A stretch of DNA of 64,000 nt from Eledone cirrhosa (GCA_964016885.1 OZ024741.1:203546001-203610000), one strand, 5' to 3'. Positions 14,290 to 28,909 are shown, counted from the first letter of the stretch. Program-made: numbers and translations. The notes: generated from the letters alone by a model not told the origin.

Positions 14290-14480
14290 GCCTCGTCGCT
14301 CCAGCGGACAGAATGGAGAAGACGTTGCTCCGGAGGATAGCAAGGGTGACGCGCTGGGAAGGCCACTCCACCTCACGGGGCTCGCTCTTGCAGGTTGCCA
14401 AACACCGCCTCGATAGTATTGAGGAGGGATGTTGTCCGGGGGCCAAGAACACTGGGAGTCTTCACTGCCACAGGTTCGAT
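14290..14480 (-). mobile_element. Possible degenerate Tc1/IS630-like transposase fragment
   Basis: GC-rich island. Minus frames give PVFLAP / LLNTIEAVFGNLQERA, resembling the P.LNPIE..F motif. Confidence 0.3.
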
Positions 14481-14654
14481 CACAAAACTTTCGGACGTCA
14501 ACCGATAATTCGACAGCTTTCCCTCTTAGGCATGATGAGTAGCGAAGCCTAGAATTGAAAAATGCCCTCACTAGTCTTACCTGCTAACATTCCACTTACA
14601 CACACACACACACACACATAGAAATCTATATACATACGTATGCATATACATATA

Positions 14655-14713
<59 letters not shown>

Positions 14714-14822
14714 CCGTGCGTGTGTGTGTATGTGAGTGTGTATACACACACACACACACACACACACATATGTATATATATATATGTATATATATTTATA
14801 TATATTCATATATATATATATA

Positions 14823-15639
14823 AATAAATTATCGAGAATCGGAATTTCGGCCCACGAAATAACGAAACACAATCTTCGAAATGTGTGGCAAAGGGCTCAA
14901 TAGTTTGGATAAACCAGAGCTATAACTATCGTTTAAATACCAACACACGGAGACAATGCTTAAAATCACTCGCACAGTCGAAAAAAACGACCAGGAAAAT
15001 TCGGGTCAGACAAATAATAATATAAATGAATGAAAAATATTTACCCAGACCCGCTAGAATGATGGTAAATTCCAGCTTTTGGGTTTCTGCGGTTCCTAAA
15101 TCGGTTACCGTCAGCTTACATGAAAAATATTCGGCTTCTGGCAGAAAGACGAACGAGGAAAACCACTTTCTCAACAGGCATTTCGTTCGAATGTACAGAA
15201 GAACCCGTTACTAAATCCACGTGGGGTTTAGCAAGGGAGGGAACCCCTATATTAGGCGAATGAATTCGGCAGTGTATATATTTGTAAAAATACAAAATAT
15301 CACATATCGAATTAGAGTTCTCAACAGACGGGTTAAAATTAACATGAGCTATTCATCAGTCAATAAGATCAACTAAAAAATCAATAAAATTAACTGGTCA
15401 ATAGCTAAAGACTGGAGATAAATACAAATAAATTATCGAGAATCGGAATTTCGGCCCACGAAATAACGAAACACAATCTTCGAAATGTGTGGCAAAGGGC
15501 TCAATAGTTTGGATAAACCAGAGCTATAACTATCGTTTAAATACCAACACACGGAGACAATGCTTAAAATCACTCGCACAGCCGACAAAAACGACCAGGA
15601 AAATTCGGGTCAGACAAATAATAATATAAATGAATGAAA
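14823..15639. repeat. ~210-bp near-identical direct repeats (14823-15034, 15426-15639) around a ~390-bp non-coding core
   Basis: Both copies begin AAATAAATTATCGAGAATCGG and end ATAAATGAATGAAA. The unit is flanked by microsatellites. Confidence 0.9.
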
Positions 15640-16155
15640 TACATATATGAATGAAATACATATATGAATGAAATACATATATGAATATATATACATAATA
15701 TATACATATACACTTGTACATGTATAAGGTATTTATTGCCATACATAAATAACTTATATATGCTCCAGTGTTTTGATACTTATAATAACACCTTTCAATA
15801 CAACATACCAAAATATTCAAATACCCATATGAGATATATATTACTGTATACACTACTATTCAATGTGTATACTAAGTATATTGACTCCTTTCTTTTCAGC
15901 TTATGTCACTCTGAAAAAGTTAACATATGTGTCTGTGTGTGTGTGTGTGTGTGTGTATGAAACGTATGTATGTATATGTTTGTGTGTGGATGCATATATA
16001 TATATATTATGCTTAGATAGCAGAACGTATGTGTAAAAGAACACACCCGCACTGTGTATTACTTGTGACAGTATCTTGTTAACTCAATGTACGAACACAG
16101 AGCCGTTATAGGAAAAGAAAACAAAGAGTGCTTATATCATCAATCAATCTTTATT

Positions 16156-16202
16156 CGCTGACAATGTTTCATCCATACCATGGGGCAGGACTCATCAGAG
16201 CG
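16156..16202 (-). ncRNA. Type-I hammerhead ribozyme motif, canonical GUC site
   Basis: Reverse complement reads CGCU-CUGAUGA-GUCC..GGAU-GAAA-CAUUG-UC-AGCG. Confidence 0.78.
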
Positions 16203-17594
16203 TTGAAAACAAAAATACAATAATGAAAATAAGCTCTACCGACCAAGAACAATAGATGTATGGTACAGGATAGTAGGATAATAGGGAGAATGGAGATGAG
16301 AAGGATGGGGATGATATATAATAGGGTTGTTAGTCAAAGTAAAGAAAAATAAGGTAAAATAAAATAATCACACAATAGATAGATGTATGTGAATGTACAT
16401 GAAATCAGTCAAGGCAATAAAAACATATACTCAAAAATAATTTTAAAATAATAAAAAAAATAATTTAAAAAAAAATAAATAAATAATAAAAATATAAAAA
16501 ATAATCCCCAAAAATAATTAAAAAATATTTTTAAAATAATTAACAAAATAGAGGGGAAGGCATAGAGGCATATGAGGGCACACAAACGCAAGTAGAAAAA
16601 GCATGCATTGGTCACAGTCGAATAGATATATGCTAGATGGTTTCCCATGACAAAGAGTCTTATATCCTATAGTTTCACAGGGTGAGCCACAGTGCACGCA
16701 AATATTACAGTAGTCAAAGTAGGAATATCCAGCAGATAGTTTACACTAGGACTAGGCATCCATTGGGGTGTCATATAGAAAAGTGCCGCGTAGCCCTTAA
16801 AGTATGGTAATAAGGTTCAGAGGGGATTTAGTATTCTCCATATTCAGCACGGTTAGGGTAACCATTAGATAGTGGAGCTGTGGGGATAAGAGGTGTTAGT
16901 CTTGCACAAGGATGGGTACAGCACAGACAGAAGCTGAAACTGAAGCATAGCAGGGTTAATGTACAGAAGAAGCTGAAGCAGTCAATTCATGACGAAAAAT
17001 TCATAACAGAAAATTCATACATGGTTTAAACAAAGTTTGAGGCATATCCGGCAAGGGGAACATACAACATATATGTCGTCAGTAGATGGTAACTCACGAA
17101 ATGTCACAACATATATACACACATATATATATATCCTTCATAGATGGTATTCCAGTCATGTTCATCCATCCACCTGTATGTATCGTAACGTATGGTACTA
17201 AATGTTATGAGCCGGTGTTAAAATCGAAAACCTCATATAATTAGTGCTCCAGACTGCGGTATTTTACTCTTCACAATCGCCTACAGTAATGTACATCCCA
17301 TTCCGTGTTCAGAGGGTATCATTGTCCAAACATTGCATTATAACAGTAGCTTGTTAACTGTTCACATGAAGTACGTGGTTAGACAAAATACTTAAAATAT
17401 AATTGTTTCTACTTTAGGCACCAGGCCATCAATTACCCAGTACATTACTGGTACTTTATTTTATATTAAAATATAATATAACATGACATATAAAATACAA
17501 AAGTGTACAGAACGAATCAGTAATTCTGCCCAGCACAACTGTGAGTTAAGTCAATAGGTAGAGCTTATTTTCATTATTGTATTTTTGTTTTCAA

Positions 17595-17641
17595 TGCTCT
17601 GGTGAGTCCTGCCCCATGGTATGGATGAAACATTGTCAGCG
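17595..17641 (+). ncRNA. Core-mutated hammerhead copy (CUGGUGA)
   Basis: Inverted copy of 16156-16202 with CUGA changed to CUGG. Confidence 0.65.
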
Positions 17642-17685
17642 AATAAAGATTGAACTTATGATATAAGCACTCTTTGTTTTCTTTT

Positions 17686-17721
<36 letters not shown>

Positions 17722-18212
17722 TGTATATAATTATGTATATATATATATACATATATATAGTGAGTGGGAGAGAGATAAAGATAGAAAGAAAGAGAGAGAG
17801 AACTGTGTGTATGTACGTATAATTTGGTCTGGTAAATTAATGTTATGCAACAAATATATACATTTTTCTTTACTTTCTTGTTTTATGTTTTATTTTATTT
17901 TCCTTTCATAACATTAGATTCTTACATATTTTTCCTTCATATTGTAGTTCTTCCCAAATATTATTGTTGGTCTCCCATAATATTGTCTGCCATTACACAA
18001 ACTCCAATTTCGTTAACAACAGTCACAAATATTACTGATTCCCCATTTCCACCGAAAATAACAACTTCAAACGGGAGTCACGGAAGTGGGGTAATTTCAT
18101 ATCTCAGCTGAAGAATTGGGAGGAATATTAGTCAAGGGAGGAATCCAAAGAGGGAAAGAATAGAGTAATTAGTCAATATATCTTATGAAATACCAATATA
18201 CCCCACAATAGT

Positions 18213-18332
<120 letters not shown>

Positions 18333-18988
18333 TATATATATGTGTGTGTGTGTGTATGTACTATACTCATAAACCTAACTATAGTGTATATTGTGTATAT
18401 AACAATTGAAATACCAATATATCCCACAATAGTGTAAGTTGGTGTGTTTGTGTGTGTGTTTGGGTGTGTGTGTAATACACTCATAAACTTAATTATAGTG
18501 TACTTGTGTATATATCAAATGATATACCAGTATATCCAACTATATATTGGTATAACTATATGAGTAGGAATTAACAATTCATAAAAACTTAAAGTAATTT
18601 GCTTTTATAAACCATTTTAATAATTAGCATTGTAAAAGTATTATGGTGGAAAATTTCTAGTAGAGAATTCAAAACGGCCGGGGAATTAATGAAACCAGGA
18701 TTGTAGTGGAAAAAATGTGTTAGTACCATGATAAAATAATTATATTTTATGTAACATTATATTGGATTCACGCACCATATTTTCATGCCTTATTGTTGGT
18801 TCTTTGATTTGTTTAACAACGTATAAGCTGCTCAGTGAAGCATCAAACTTTCATGTATAGATTATATATGTGAAGGTACCTTAGGGTCGGGGTCTCAAAT
18901 CCCTCTGCGTGCACTGCTCTTCTTTTTGGTTCCAAAGCAGTAATCCAGCATGGCAGCAGTCAAATGACTGAAACCAATAACAGAATAA

Positions 18989-19176
18989 AATAATTGTTTC
19001 TACTTTTGGCACAAGGCCAGGAATTATTCCAGTGTATTACTGGTACTTTATTTTATCGACCCCGTAAGGATGAAAGTCAAAGTTAACCTCGGCAGGATAT
19101 GAACTCAGACCATAAAGGGCTGTAACTCTTTGTTGCAAAGCATGGCGTCCAACCCTCTACCTATACTACCAATCCA
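18989..19176 (-). mobile_element. SINE family A
   Basis: Reverse complement of the family A consensus. Confidence 0.85.
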
Positions 19177-19351
19177 TAAAATAATATCACATAATATGTA
19201 TAATGTGAACCATTATAAAAATCCATGTTTTTTTATATCTTGACGAAGCCAATCAAAATGTTTGCACAATAAATGTTAACATCTAAAGATTTCCTATGAG
19301 TTATTAATCAATTGTTGTTGCTCTGTTTATATCACAACCATTATATATATA

Positions 19352-21783
19352 CTAGTAGTGGTACCCGGCGTTGCACGGAATAAGGTATTTTGGAACGCGG
19401 GCCGCTAACTGACCTAATCGTGGAAAAACTGCATGCCTGGACAATATGTAAAGAAAATAAACTGAATACTCTATTATAAGAGCGCAACGGAGATGGATAA
19501 CCGGCGCCTAACACCCCTTTAACAACAGAACATTGAAAAATAAAAGCTGCAGTTAGTATCTTTAGACCGCAAGGAATATATAAATGCAAAGAGCAAAGAT
19601 GGCTCTTTCGCTGAGCCAATCGAGGTTTTTAAAGTTGATGAGACATTAGGAAAAACTTCTTCCCAAAGGTCAGAAGGGCTACTCACAATGTTGCACAGGG
19701 AGTCGATTGTTATGCCACCGCCCTTGTCATCCGCAGGGACCTTGCCCTCACCAAGTGCTAAAATGTTCTGAGCAAATGCTGCAGACATGTTGTCACCATG
19801 CAAATGAACACGCATATTTGTGCTCAGATACAAACTCTTCGCATGGGGCCACAACATGGACGACTTAAGGCAGGCACGCACTTCATCAGCTCTTGTCCCT
19901 TTGGGGATGACAGGCAGCGTTTGCCGAAAATCCCCTTATAGCAGAAGGGTTACGCCACCCATAGGAGCCGTAGAATGTCTTTCAGGGTCGTGTCCAATGC
20001 CTCAAGGGCACCCTTGTGTGCCATTGGGCACTCATCCCAAACAATGAGGCAACATTTTTTGAAAACCAGAGCTTCGTGTGAGCTCTTGCTGATATTGCAT
20101 GTTGGTGTCTCAGTTTTTACTAAATCCAAGGGGAGTTTAAAGGTTGACTGTGCTGTCCTACCTCCCGGCAGCAAAGTATCGCCAGCGATCCCGGACGATG
20201 CAACGGCCAACGCATTTTTTTTCTCCTGGCGAATCTTAGTGAGAATCAATTTCGTTACAAAAGTTTTTCCGGTACCCCCAGGAGCATCGATAAAGTAAAT
20301 ACCCCCAATCTGATTTTCAACCGCGTCAATGATAGTTAAATAGACCAACCTTTGGTCCGACAGAAGTTTGGGCTCATTTTCCTCTAAGTATTGGGAAAGA
20401 GATTCGATGTCACATGCTGTTTACCGCAGCAAATCCGGGGCCAACGTGTTAGCTTCCTCTCTGACGGTTGACGGCAAGCCATACGTCGCGAACTCACTCC
20501 CACCCATGTCGAGGAGGGCGTCCTCGATATCAATGAGTTCCCTGTTGTAGATAATGTCGCTGTAACCAACTTCCACTGAAGGATACTGCAGATGAGCCAG
20601 GCACAGAAAGTCCTCAGACAGGAAGTCTCTGTACTTGACCCATAAAGATTTGGGATCACCCAATTCACACATTTGAAGCAAAATGGCAAAGAGTTCCCGT
20701 AGACTTTTAGGTGATTTCAACAAATCACCCTCTGCTAAAGTGGAATCCCATTGCGAATCATCTTCCAAAAGACCACGCTTAAAGCAGGCTTCCCGGTACG
20801 TATCACATATTTCTCCATCAACAGTTTTGAGGTCCTGAAAACGTTGTGGGCCTACAACTTCATGCAGAAGAAAGCGGAGACGAAAGCACTCATGCTGACT
20901 TGGGGTTACAGTGTAAACCCTTCCAAGACAGCTGTCAAATTTTACACCAGGATGTCTTTCAACAGCCTGACCTGACTTTCTTCGCACCCAAGTGTTTGCG
21001 CAAATGTATCGAACTGGCAAAGTTTGAAGAAACCCGTCAGAGTGGTCTCTTTCGGATCGGCGGCCAACTTGGCGGCGGTTTGGTCCGTAAAGTAAATATT
21101 TATTAAAATAACAGATTAAAGTTTAAGCAAAGAATCACTGCTTTCACCCTTATATTAGGGTTGGTGCTCTGAAATAGTGATGTATACATGAATGTATGTA
21201 TAGTATATTTGGCCATAAAAAAGTTGGATTTTCTTTGCTCGCAGTATGAAGAAGAGACAGACTAATACATAGTTACAATTTCATGGAAATCAGTCTGACG
21301 TAACGACTCAAAAAAACCCTAAAAAACTGGAAAAAAAATGCATTTTTTCACTTAATGCAGGCTCTAGAGGATGAAAAAGTTGAATTTTTTTATGTGCATA
21401 ACACTCCCTGAAATATAAATAATACACATGTACAGTTTGAAAAAAGTCGGAAAAACTCACAGAAACACACACACACAGACCTCAGGGAAGTGACGTAATG
21501 CAGACAGCCAGACATACAGACTGATATTATAAGGGCGCGACGTTATATGTATGTATCTATCTAAAAAGTGAAAGACTAAGAATTATAGAGAGAGATCGCT
21601 AAATCGCCTAATGCGGTCCCTAGGGCATTGAAAATTTGAAATTTCTTTTGCTCAGAACACTTCCTGAAACATAACTATTACATGTGTAAAGTTTGAAAAC
21701 AGTCGGTTGGGTGGTTCTTGAGTTGTAGGTATTCAAACTCACACACACACACACACAGACATCCTCAGTTTTATATATATAGT
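19352..21783 (-). mobile_element. Internally deleted Helitron with PIF1-type helicase remnants
   Basis: Frameshifted RepHel helicase (FIDAPGGTGKTF, AVASSGIA..LLPGGRTA.STFKLP, LIVWDE, GDFRQTLPV, LSTNMRV). 3' end has hairpin CCGTGCAACGCCGG then CTAG|T at 19352. 5' end reads (A)CTATATATATAAAACTGAGGATG at ~21783. Confidence 0.9.
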
Positions 21784-21888
21784 TGAAAAAGGGAGTAAAG
21801 TTCCATACAAAACAAAGGTTATAGTTAAAAAGTAATGGTGAGAAAAGCATATAAAATATTAGATACTAAAAATATAAACACACACACA

Positions 21889-21979
<91 letters not shown>

Positions 21980-22963
21980 GAAGATATACAAATAGACATA
22001 TAGCTAGATATATAATTTATTTTAGTGTCCTATTAATAGTATAAACTTTAGTAGAATATATAATTATTGTCACTATCAATTGTAAATCAATTGGTTTTGG
22101 ACTACTATAATATACATCATCAAATAATAATCTAATAATATAGATATATATTTGTCATTGAGCCGTCACAACATACACCATGTCTTAGGCATTTAAATCC
22201 AGAGCCCATCCTTCTCCAGATTGGACCAACCAGTTTCTTCTTCTTCTTCTTCTTCTTCTTCTTCTTCTTCTTCTTCTTCTTCTTCTTCTTCTTCTTCTAA
22301 AGAGAGAGGGGGGAGCGAGAGAGAGAGGGAGTAGAGAAGATTGTTACTTCGTTTATCGACAATATTGACCTCTGCGGGATTCTAACTCAGAACACAGAGT
22401 GTCAATTTGACGTCTTAATCTCTTAACCTCTGTTTCCACTACCTTCAAAGTAATTCTCGAAATTTTGCTCATCATCCTACTAGATGTAAACAAGTTCTTT
22501 TTCCCGACCACATTTCTCAATGCACTCAATTGCAATTCAAGAATGAAAAATTTATTTCTTAATGCACTCAATTGCAATGAATGAATGAAGAATTTAGAAG
22601 GAAATATCAATTTCTTTTTCATCACTAACATAGTAACTTAACATATGGTCCTTATATAAAATTGGAATATTTTAATTTAAACAGGAACTCCATAAACTAG
22701 GTAAGTTTGTTTCATAGAACCAGAGCCAGTTTTGATTGGGAAAAGAGTTAATGAAGAAACTTGAGGCATTTACTAAAATTATTAATTATTTCAATACTGA
22801 ATTTAACATATGGTTTTACAACAAAATTATATTGATAGATTTTAATTTAATTAGGAACCATTTAAAATGGATGGTTTTGTTTCATAGATTCAAGGAATGA
22901 TTTGGCCGGGTTAGTCTCAAAACAGTTCAACCATGCGTGGCTAAGAGGTTAGAATTTTCGGTT

Positions 22964-23119
22964 CATCGGTAGAGGGTCGGACACCTTGCTTTGCAGCATA
23001 GAGTTTATGATCTGAGTTCAAATCCCGCCGAGGTTAACTTTGCCTTTCATCCTTACTGGGTCGATAAAATAAAGTACTGGGTAATTGCTGGCCTTGTGCC
23101 AAAAGTAGAAACAATTATT
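22964..23119 (+). mobile_element. SINE family A
   Basis: Matches the family A consensus. Confidence 0.85.
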
Positions 23120-23656
23120 TACAACAGCGCGATATGTCATTGTACAAGCCACTAAAAAATGAATTGTACCTCTAATTCGTAGAGCCAGCCTTGTCACATA
23201 ATGTGTCATGCTGAATCTGCCTGGGAACTATGTTAAGACTACAGGTGCCTGTGAATTGCCCAACCACCTGCACGGTAATTTCACGAGCTGTTTGTTTTGT
23301 TGATCAAACAAATGGAGAACTCGACGTTAGAACCGACGGATGTCCAACACAGACAGAAAGTGATATATAATTTACATACTGTCACCTCGATTTGTCCAAG
23401 AAACTTGGTCTTTCCATTGCTGATACTTTCTGCTGATACTACTGGCAGCAAGGGGCGGGATTTGAGCTCATAGTACAGCGAACCGAAATAAATACTGATT
23501 CTTTAATCCGAAGCTTTGACAACTCTACCATTTCGCCAACCGGTCATTTGATTATAAATATTTATGAGGAAATGTTATTTTAATACCTGAAACAACTTTT
23601 TCTATTCTTAACTTCGACTTTATATTTCTTCTATTTAATGGGAAACAACAAATCTA

Positions 23657-23848
23657 CAGACCTGCCAACCTCTGAAACCCCAAACAGGGAGTACCATTAA
23701 AAAAGGTGCCCCAAAATGGGGAGAAATGGGGAGATTTTACATAATGAAAGCTATACCCCTTTTCACAAGAGAAGACATATTTCACCCCCACCCACCCCCA
23801 AAAGTGGGTGGGGATCTCCCCGTCGGACGGGGAGAGTTGGCAGGTCTG
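23657..23848. mobile_element. 192-bp MITE with CAGACCTGCCAAC terminal inverted repeats and 6-bp TSD AATCTA
   Basis: AATCTA|CAGACCTGCCAAC ... GTTGGCAGGTCTG|AATCTA. Confidence 0.85.
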
Positions 23849-23872
23849 AATCTACCAGCATTCTACAATAAA

Positions 23873-24062
23873 CAATTGTTTCTACTTTTGGCACAAGGCC
23901 AGAAATTACCCAGTGCATTACTGGTACTTTATTTTATCGACCCCGTAAGGATGAAAGGCAAAGTTAACCCCGGTGGGATTTGAACTCAGAATGGCAAGGG
24001 CCGTAACTATATGCGTCAAAGCATGGCGTCCGATCCTCTACCGATACTGCCATTCCACCGCC
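23873..24062 (-). mobile_element. SINE family A with TSD CATTCTACAATAAA
   Basis: Full-length reverse copy with a duplicated flank on both sides. Confidence 0.88.
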
Positions 24063-24750
24063 ATTCTACAATAAATAATATTTAGTTAATTAATTAGCCA
24101 ATATTTAAGATATGATTAAATTTACTCTGAAATTCCCATATCTATATATTGGAAGAATTTGGAGTGACTTATTAAAATTGTTAATTATTTTATTATTAAG
24201 AAGATATTAATTACTAAGTATTTTATTATTAAGATGATATTAGGACGATTTACAGAATGGTTAACAGAATTGGAAAAAATGAATTGGAAAAAATGCCATG
24301 TGTTATTTAGTCATGGTTCATTATATTTTGAGTTCAAATCCCATCGATATCAACTTTGCTTTTCTTCCTTCAGGGATCGATGAAATGAAATGCCACACAA
24401 GTGCTAGGGTCAATTTAATCGACTTCCCATTCCTCCAACTGCTGACTTTGTGCCTAATTTGGAAACCATCAGCAAGATGGTATTTATAACAGAACAAAAG
24501 ATTCGTATGTATCTGGGAAGTAGGAATCATTTAACATGGGTGGTTCTTGTTTCGTAGAACCAGAAACGGTTTTGGTTGGGTTGGTATAAAGAGAGTTAAT
24601 TAATAACTTTAAAAGGTCCCTTCAAATTATTCATCAATTAATTGAAATGCAGGGAATTTAAGAGGAAATATGGTTTTGTAACAATATGCTATTAATCCGA
24701 CAAATATTGTTCCTGTAATATGTAAGATATAGTTATGAAAACTTAAAAAA

Positions 24751-24932
24751 ATAATTGTTTCTACTTTAGGCACAAGGCCAGCAATTACACAGTACATTAC
24801 TGGTACTTTATTTTATCGACCCCGTAAGGATGAAAGGCAAAGTTAACCTCGGCGGGATTTGAACTCAAACCGTAAAGGGACGTAACTATGCTAGAAAGCA
24901 TGGCGTCCAACCCTCTACCGCTACTGCCAATT
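24751..24932 (-). mobile_element. SINE family A
   Basis: Reverse copy flanked by a CTTAAAAAAATAAT duplication. Confidence 0.85.
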
Positions 24933-26842
24933 CTTAAAAAAATAATAATAATAATCAGTTAAGAATCTCCCTGAACGGAAATTTAGAAACGCCATTTTGA
25001 AAAAAAAGGGTTGACAGGATTTATTTGAAGTAACTAAAGCGACGAAGTTCTACTCTTTAAGAGTGGCTGTGCGTTTGCACCTGGGATGTTTTTTTCCAAG
25101 TTACAAGCTTGGCCAAGGTGATTTTGAAGAAGACCAGCAATCACCCATGCATCCAATCTCTTCGCTCCTTGTTACAGATGTCGACCAAGAGAAAGACAAA
25201 GACCGATATAACTTGACACCTGTGTCATTCAGTTCACAAATATACTATATATGATGTTATTGGAAGGGAAAACAAATTCTTATTTCTCTAAATATCAGCA
25301 ATACATCTGACTTGTTATCTCCTATTGAGTATAAACTGTTGCATTAATGACGGTATTTCTATATAATAGAGAGATGTTTAAGGTGGCTAACTAAAGGATA
25401 GATTATATATACATTCCAAATGTATCTATTTCCCTGACTTTATTTTAACATCGAACTCCACAATTTAACCTAATATTTTGTTTCTAAAATCTGATACATC
25501 AAATCTGTCACTCAGAGGTTAGCACCAACATTAAAACGTCTTAATATTTATATAAGAATATTCCAAGAATGTTTTTCTTCTCAATTGCACAGTAATTGCG
25601 AAAATAAATGCACAGTATTTAGAGTATAATGCGTTAATCCTCCTTCAGATTTTGAATAATATGTGACACTTCAGGATTTAGTTTCAAAATTTCCTGTTTT
25701 CTTTAGAATGAAAAATTATCTCGAATAAGGGCTTGATACCTAGCAAAGAATTGAATCCATACAACATAATATATCTTATATTATAAAAGAAAAATCTTTT
25801 GGAATATTAAAATAATGTAGTTTGGAAATATCCCGAATAGATTAATCTGGTCCCTTTCATCTTTGAAAAGCAGGATCTTTTTCTTCTATCTTCCATCTTG
25901 ACTAACAACAACACACGTTTAGATTTAAGCCTTCAACATCCCTTGCACACAAAACATAAGCCAATTTTGTTCAACAAAAATATTAAAGCAAAAATAAACT
26001 ATGTTTATACGTTTTATCTTTTAAACCCCAAGGGGTTTCCGCTGAAACAACGAAAAGGAGAAAGGATTTCTTTGTGAGGGTTGCACATCTTGATCTTCCT
26101 CTTGTCTTTGTAGACGTTATCATGGATAGAAATACTTCAAAGGTTTAGATTATATGACATAAATCATAATACCAAACAAAAAAATTAAAAAGCAAATTAA
26201 TTGTTTAAAGCGATAATAAGCGCTTTCGATCCAATAAAGGAACCCCCGTTAATGCATTTGACGGAAAAATAGAGGATAGAACTTCTTGAATAAAGAAAAA
26301 AAGGCGTGATGTGCTGTCACTCATCTCAAAACCGACACTGTGATGGAGTCTTTTGAAATCCATGCTAAAACTTTAATTCGAATTAAATTTCAATTAGAGA
26401 CGCGATATCTTTCTTAGAACTGTAAAGGCCCTCAACAAGATTTTGCTCAGCCTTGAATTTCTTATGGATTTCCTAAAATATAAAAATAATGATCTTTTGG
26501 GTTTTAAGTTGTTTTTTTAATTATTTTATTTGTATTTTATGAATGACTTAAAGAACGTCAACGTAGTTAAGCAACAACAAAAAAACGTAGCTAAGCAACA
26601 ACAAAAAAATAAAATGTTTCATTTTTGAGAAGAGTGAACACCATCAGATTTGTTAAGTAAAAAGTAACCAAAGTATACACGGACAAATGCAACAACATAT
26701 ATTATTAGAGAAAATATATTTGTGATTAATAGCAATATTAATATTGAGTAGATAATATATTACAATAATATAGCAGTAAATAGTTTGTTATTACAATATA
26801 ATACTAAACAAATTACGAAAATATCTAGTGAATTATAAAAGC

Positions 26843-26950
<108 letters not shown>

Positions 26951-26970
26951 GTACATACATTCACGCATAT

Positions 26971-27032
<62 letters not shown>

Positions 27033-27796
27033 TTTAATATACACACACATACTTATATACATATATATATGTGTGTATATATGTGTATGTATGAATGTAT
27101 GCATGTAAATATTTCTGTATATCTCTCTCTCTTTCCATATATATACATACATACATACATACATACATACATACATACATACATACATACATACATACAT
27201 ACATACATACATACATACATACTACATACATACATATGATACATATATATGTATGTATATATGTATGTGTGTGTGTGTGTGTGTCTGTGTGTGTGTGTAA
27301 TATTTAGAAAAATTTAAGCCGAGTGGTCAAGCTTAGACTGTTTCGAGAGTAGGAACGGAATTCTGTTTCCAGGCTACCATCGAAATATTTTAAACTTGAT
27401 CGTAGTGCTCACATGTTTTCCAATATTGTATATAATCTACTTTCCTTAAAGTATGGAGTATTGAATAAAATAGTGATCTTACTAGTCTCAAATAATAACA
27501 TATGCAAATATACAAACATACATACACATATATACATATATATAAATATAATTGTTCAATAAATTCCTTTCGTCGCAACACTGTGATATATATCATTTCT
27601 ACAGTCTATCAGAAATACTGGATAAAATTTTCTGTAGCTGTGAGTCGCGGATAATAAGCTATACCATTTACCTATTATTTCTTCATAAGTATATTTTTAA
27701 ACTTATAGCCTCGTTTAAATGATTTTTTGTGTGGTTGATTTATGCTGATTGGGAGAAAAAATACTGTATATATTTTATCTTATGATTCTATGGACT

Positions 27797-27867
<71 letters not shown>

Positions 27868-28512
27868 CACACACACATATATATATATGTATGTTTATAT
27901 GCATATATATATACATATGATACATATTATATATGTATATATGTATATATATATATTTGTGTGTGTGTGTGTGCACATATACATGCATGTGTATGTGTGT
28001 TTTTGTATGTTTGTATGAAACATATTCATGATTATTAATATTGTTTAGATAACATATTGCAATAATATAATTATACTTAGCTCGTTAAGCTAGTTTAACA
28101 ACAATTTCAGCACTTAAAATAAATATAATATGATACAAAACGTATCATAAAAATATTTAGTAAATGAACAAATATATATATTGTAATATTTAAATCTTTA
28201 AAATTATATTTAGTTTCATGATTACTATAACATTTTTTCAACAGATTCTGTATGCATATATAGTGATGAGAGGTACGAAAAATTCAAGACATTAGTAAGA
28301 ATGTCTTCGTTTCTTGAATTTTTCTTTATATTACTATACTATAATATTATATATGGCATGGATAGAGTAGCCACATAATGGAATCTCAGCGATATAATAA
28401 ATTTATAATGTTCTCTACATTTAAAATTCTTCTTCTGTCCATACCTTCCTGGTTAGTTTTTCCTGATTTTTTCCTGGTACCATTTTTATAATTTTATATA
28501 TATAATATAATT

Positions 28513-28557
<45 letters not shown>

Positions 28558-28558
28558 C

Positions 28559-28649
<91 letters not shown>

Positions 28650-28836
28650 CGCATATACATATACCTATATATAACACATGGAATATATATATGTATATAT
28701 CTATATCTATAGAGATGGCTTCTACAAGACCAGAACTGTTTAATTCGGGAGAAATCATCTATATTAAATATTTATACTCTGGAATGTATTGAGTACCTTA
28801 CTTACTGTGGTTACCCCCGATTGAACCCGGGATAAA

Positions 28837-28909
<73 letters not shown>

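Larger units (their letters stand above)
16107..17691. mobile_element. Decayed PLE-like insertion bounded by ~135-bp inverted HHR-bearing repeats
   Basis: 16107-16240 is the reverse complement of 17557-17691 and both carry an HHR motif. The interior has no clear ORF and contains a SINE A 3' fragment at 17400-17465. Confidence 0.6.

Noticed and set aside
22353-22631. Minus-strand ORF with coiled-coil-like end (LKVVETEVKRLRRQIDTL)
   Set aside because: No family match recognised, internal duplication present, no convincing splice context.
26110-26150. Alternative exon 2 candidate (TAG|ACGTTATCATGGATA, LSWI in one frame)
   Set aside because: LSWI is out of phase with the donor and lacks DLTAR; 44253 fits exactly.
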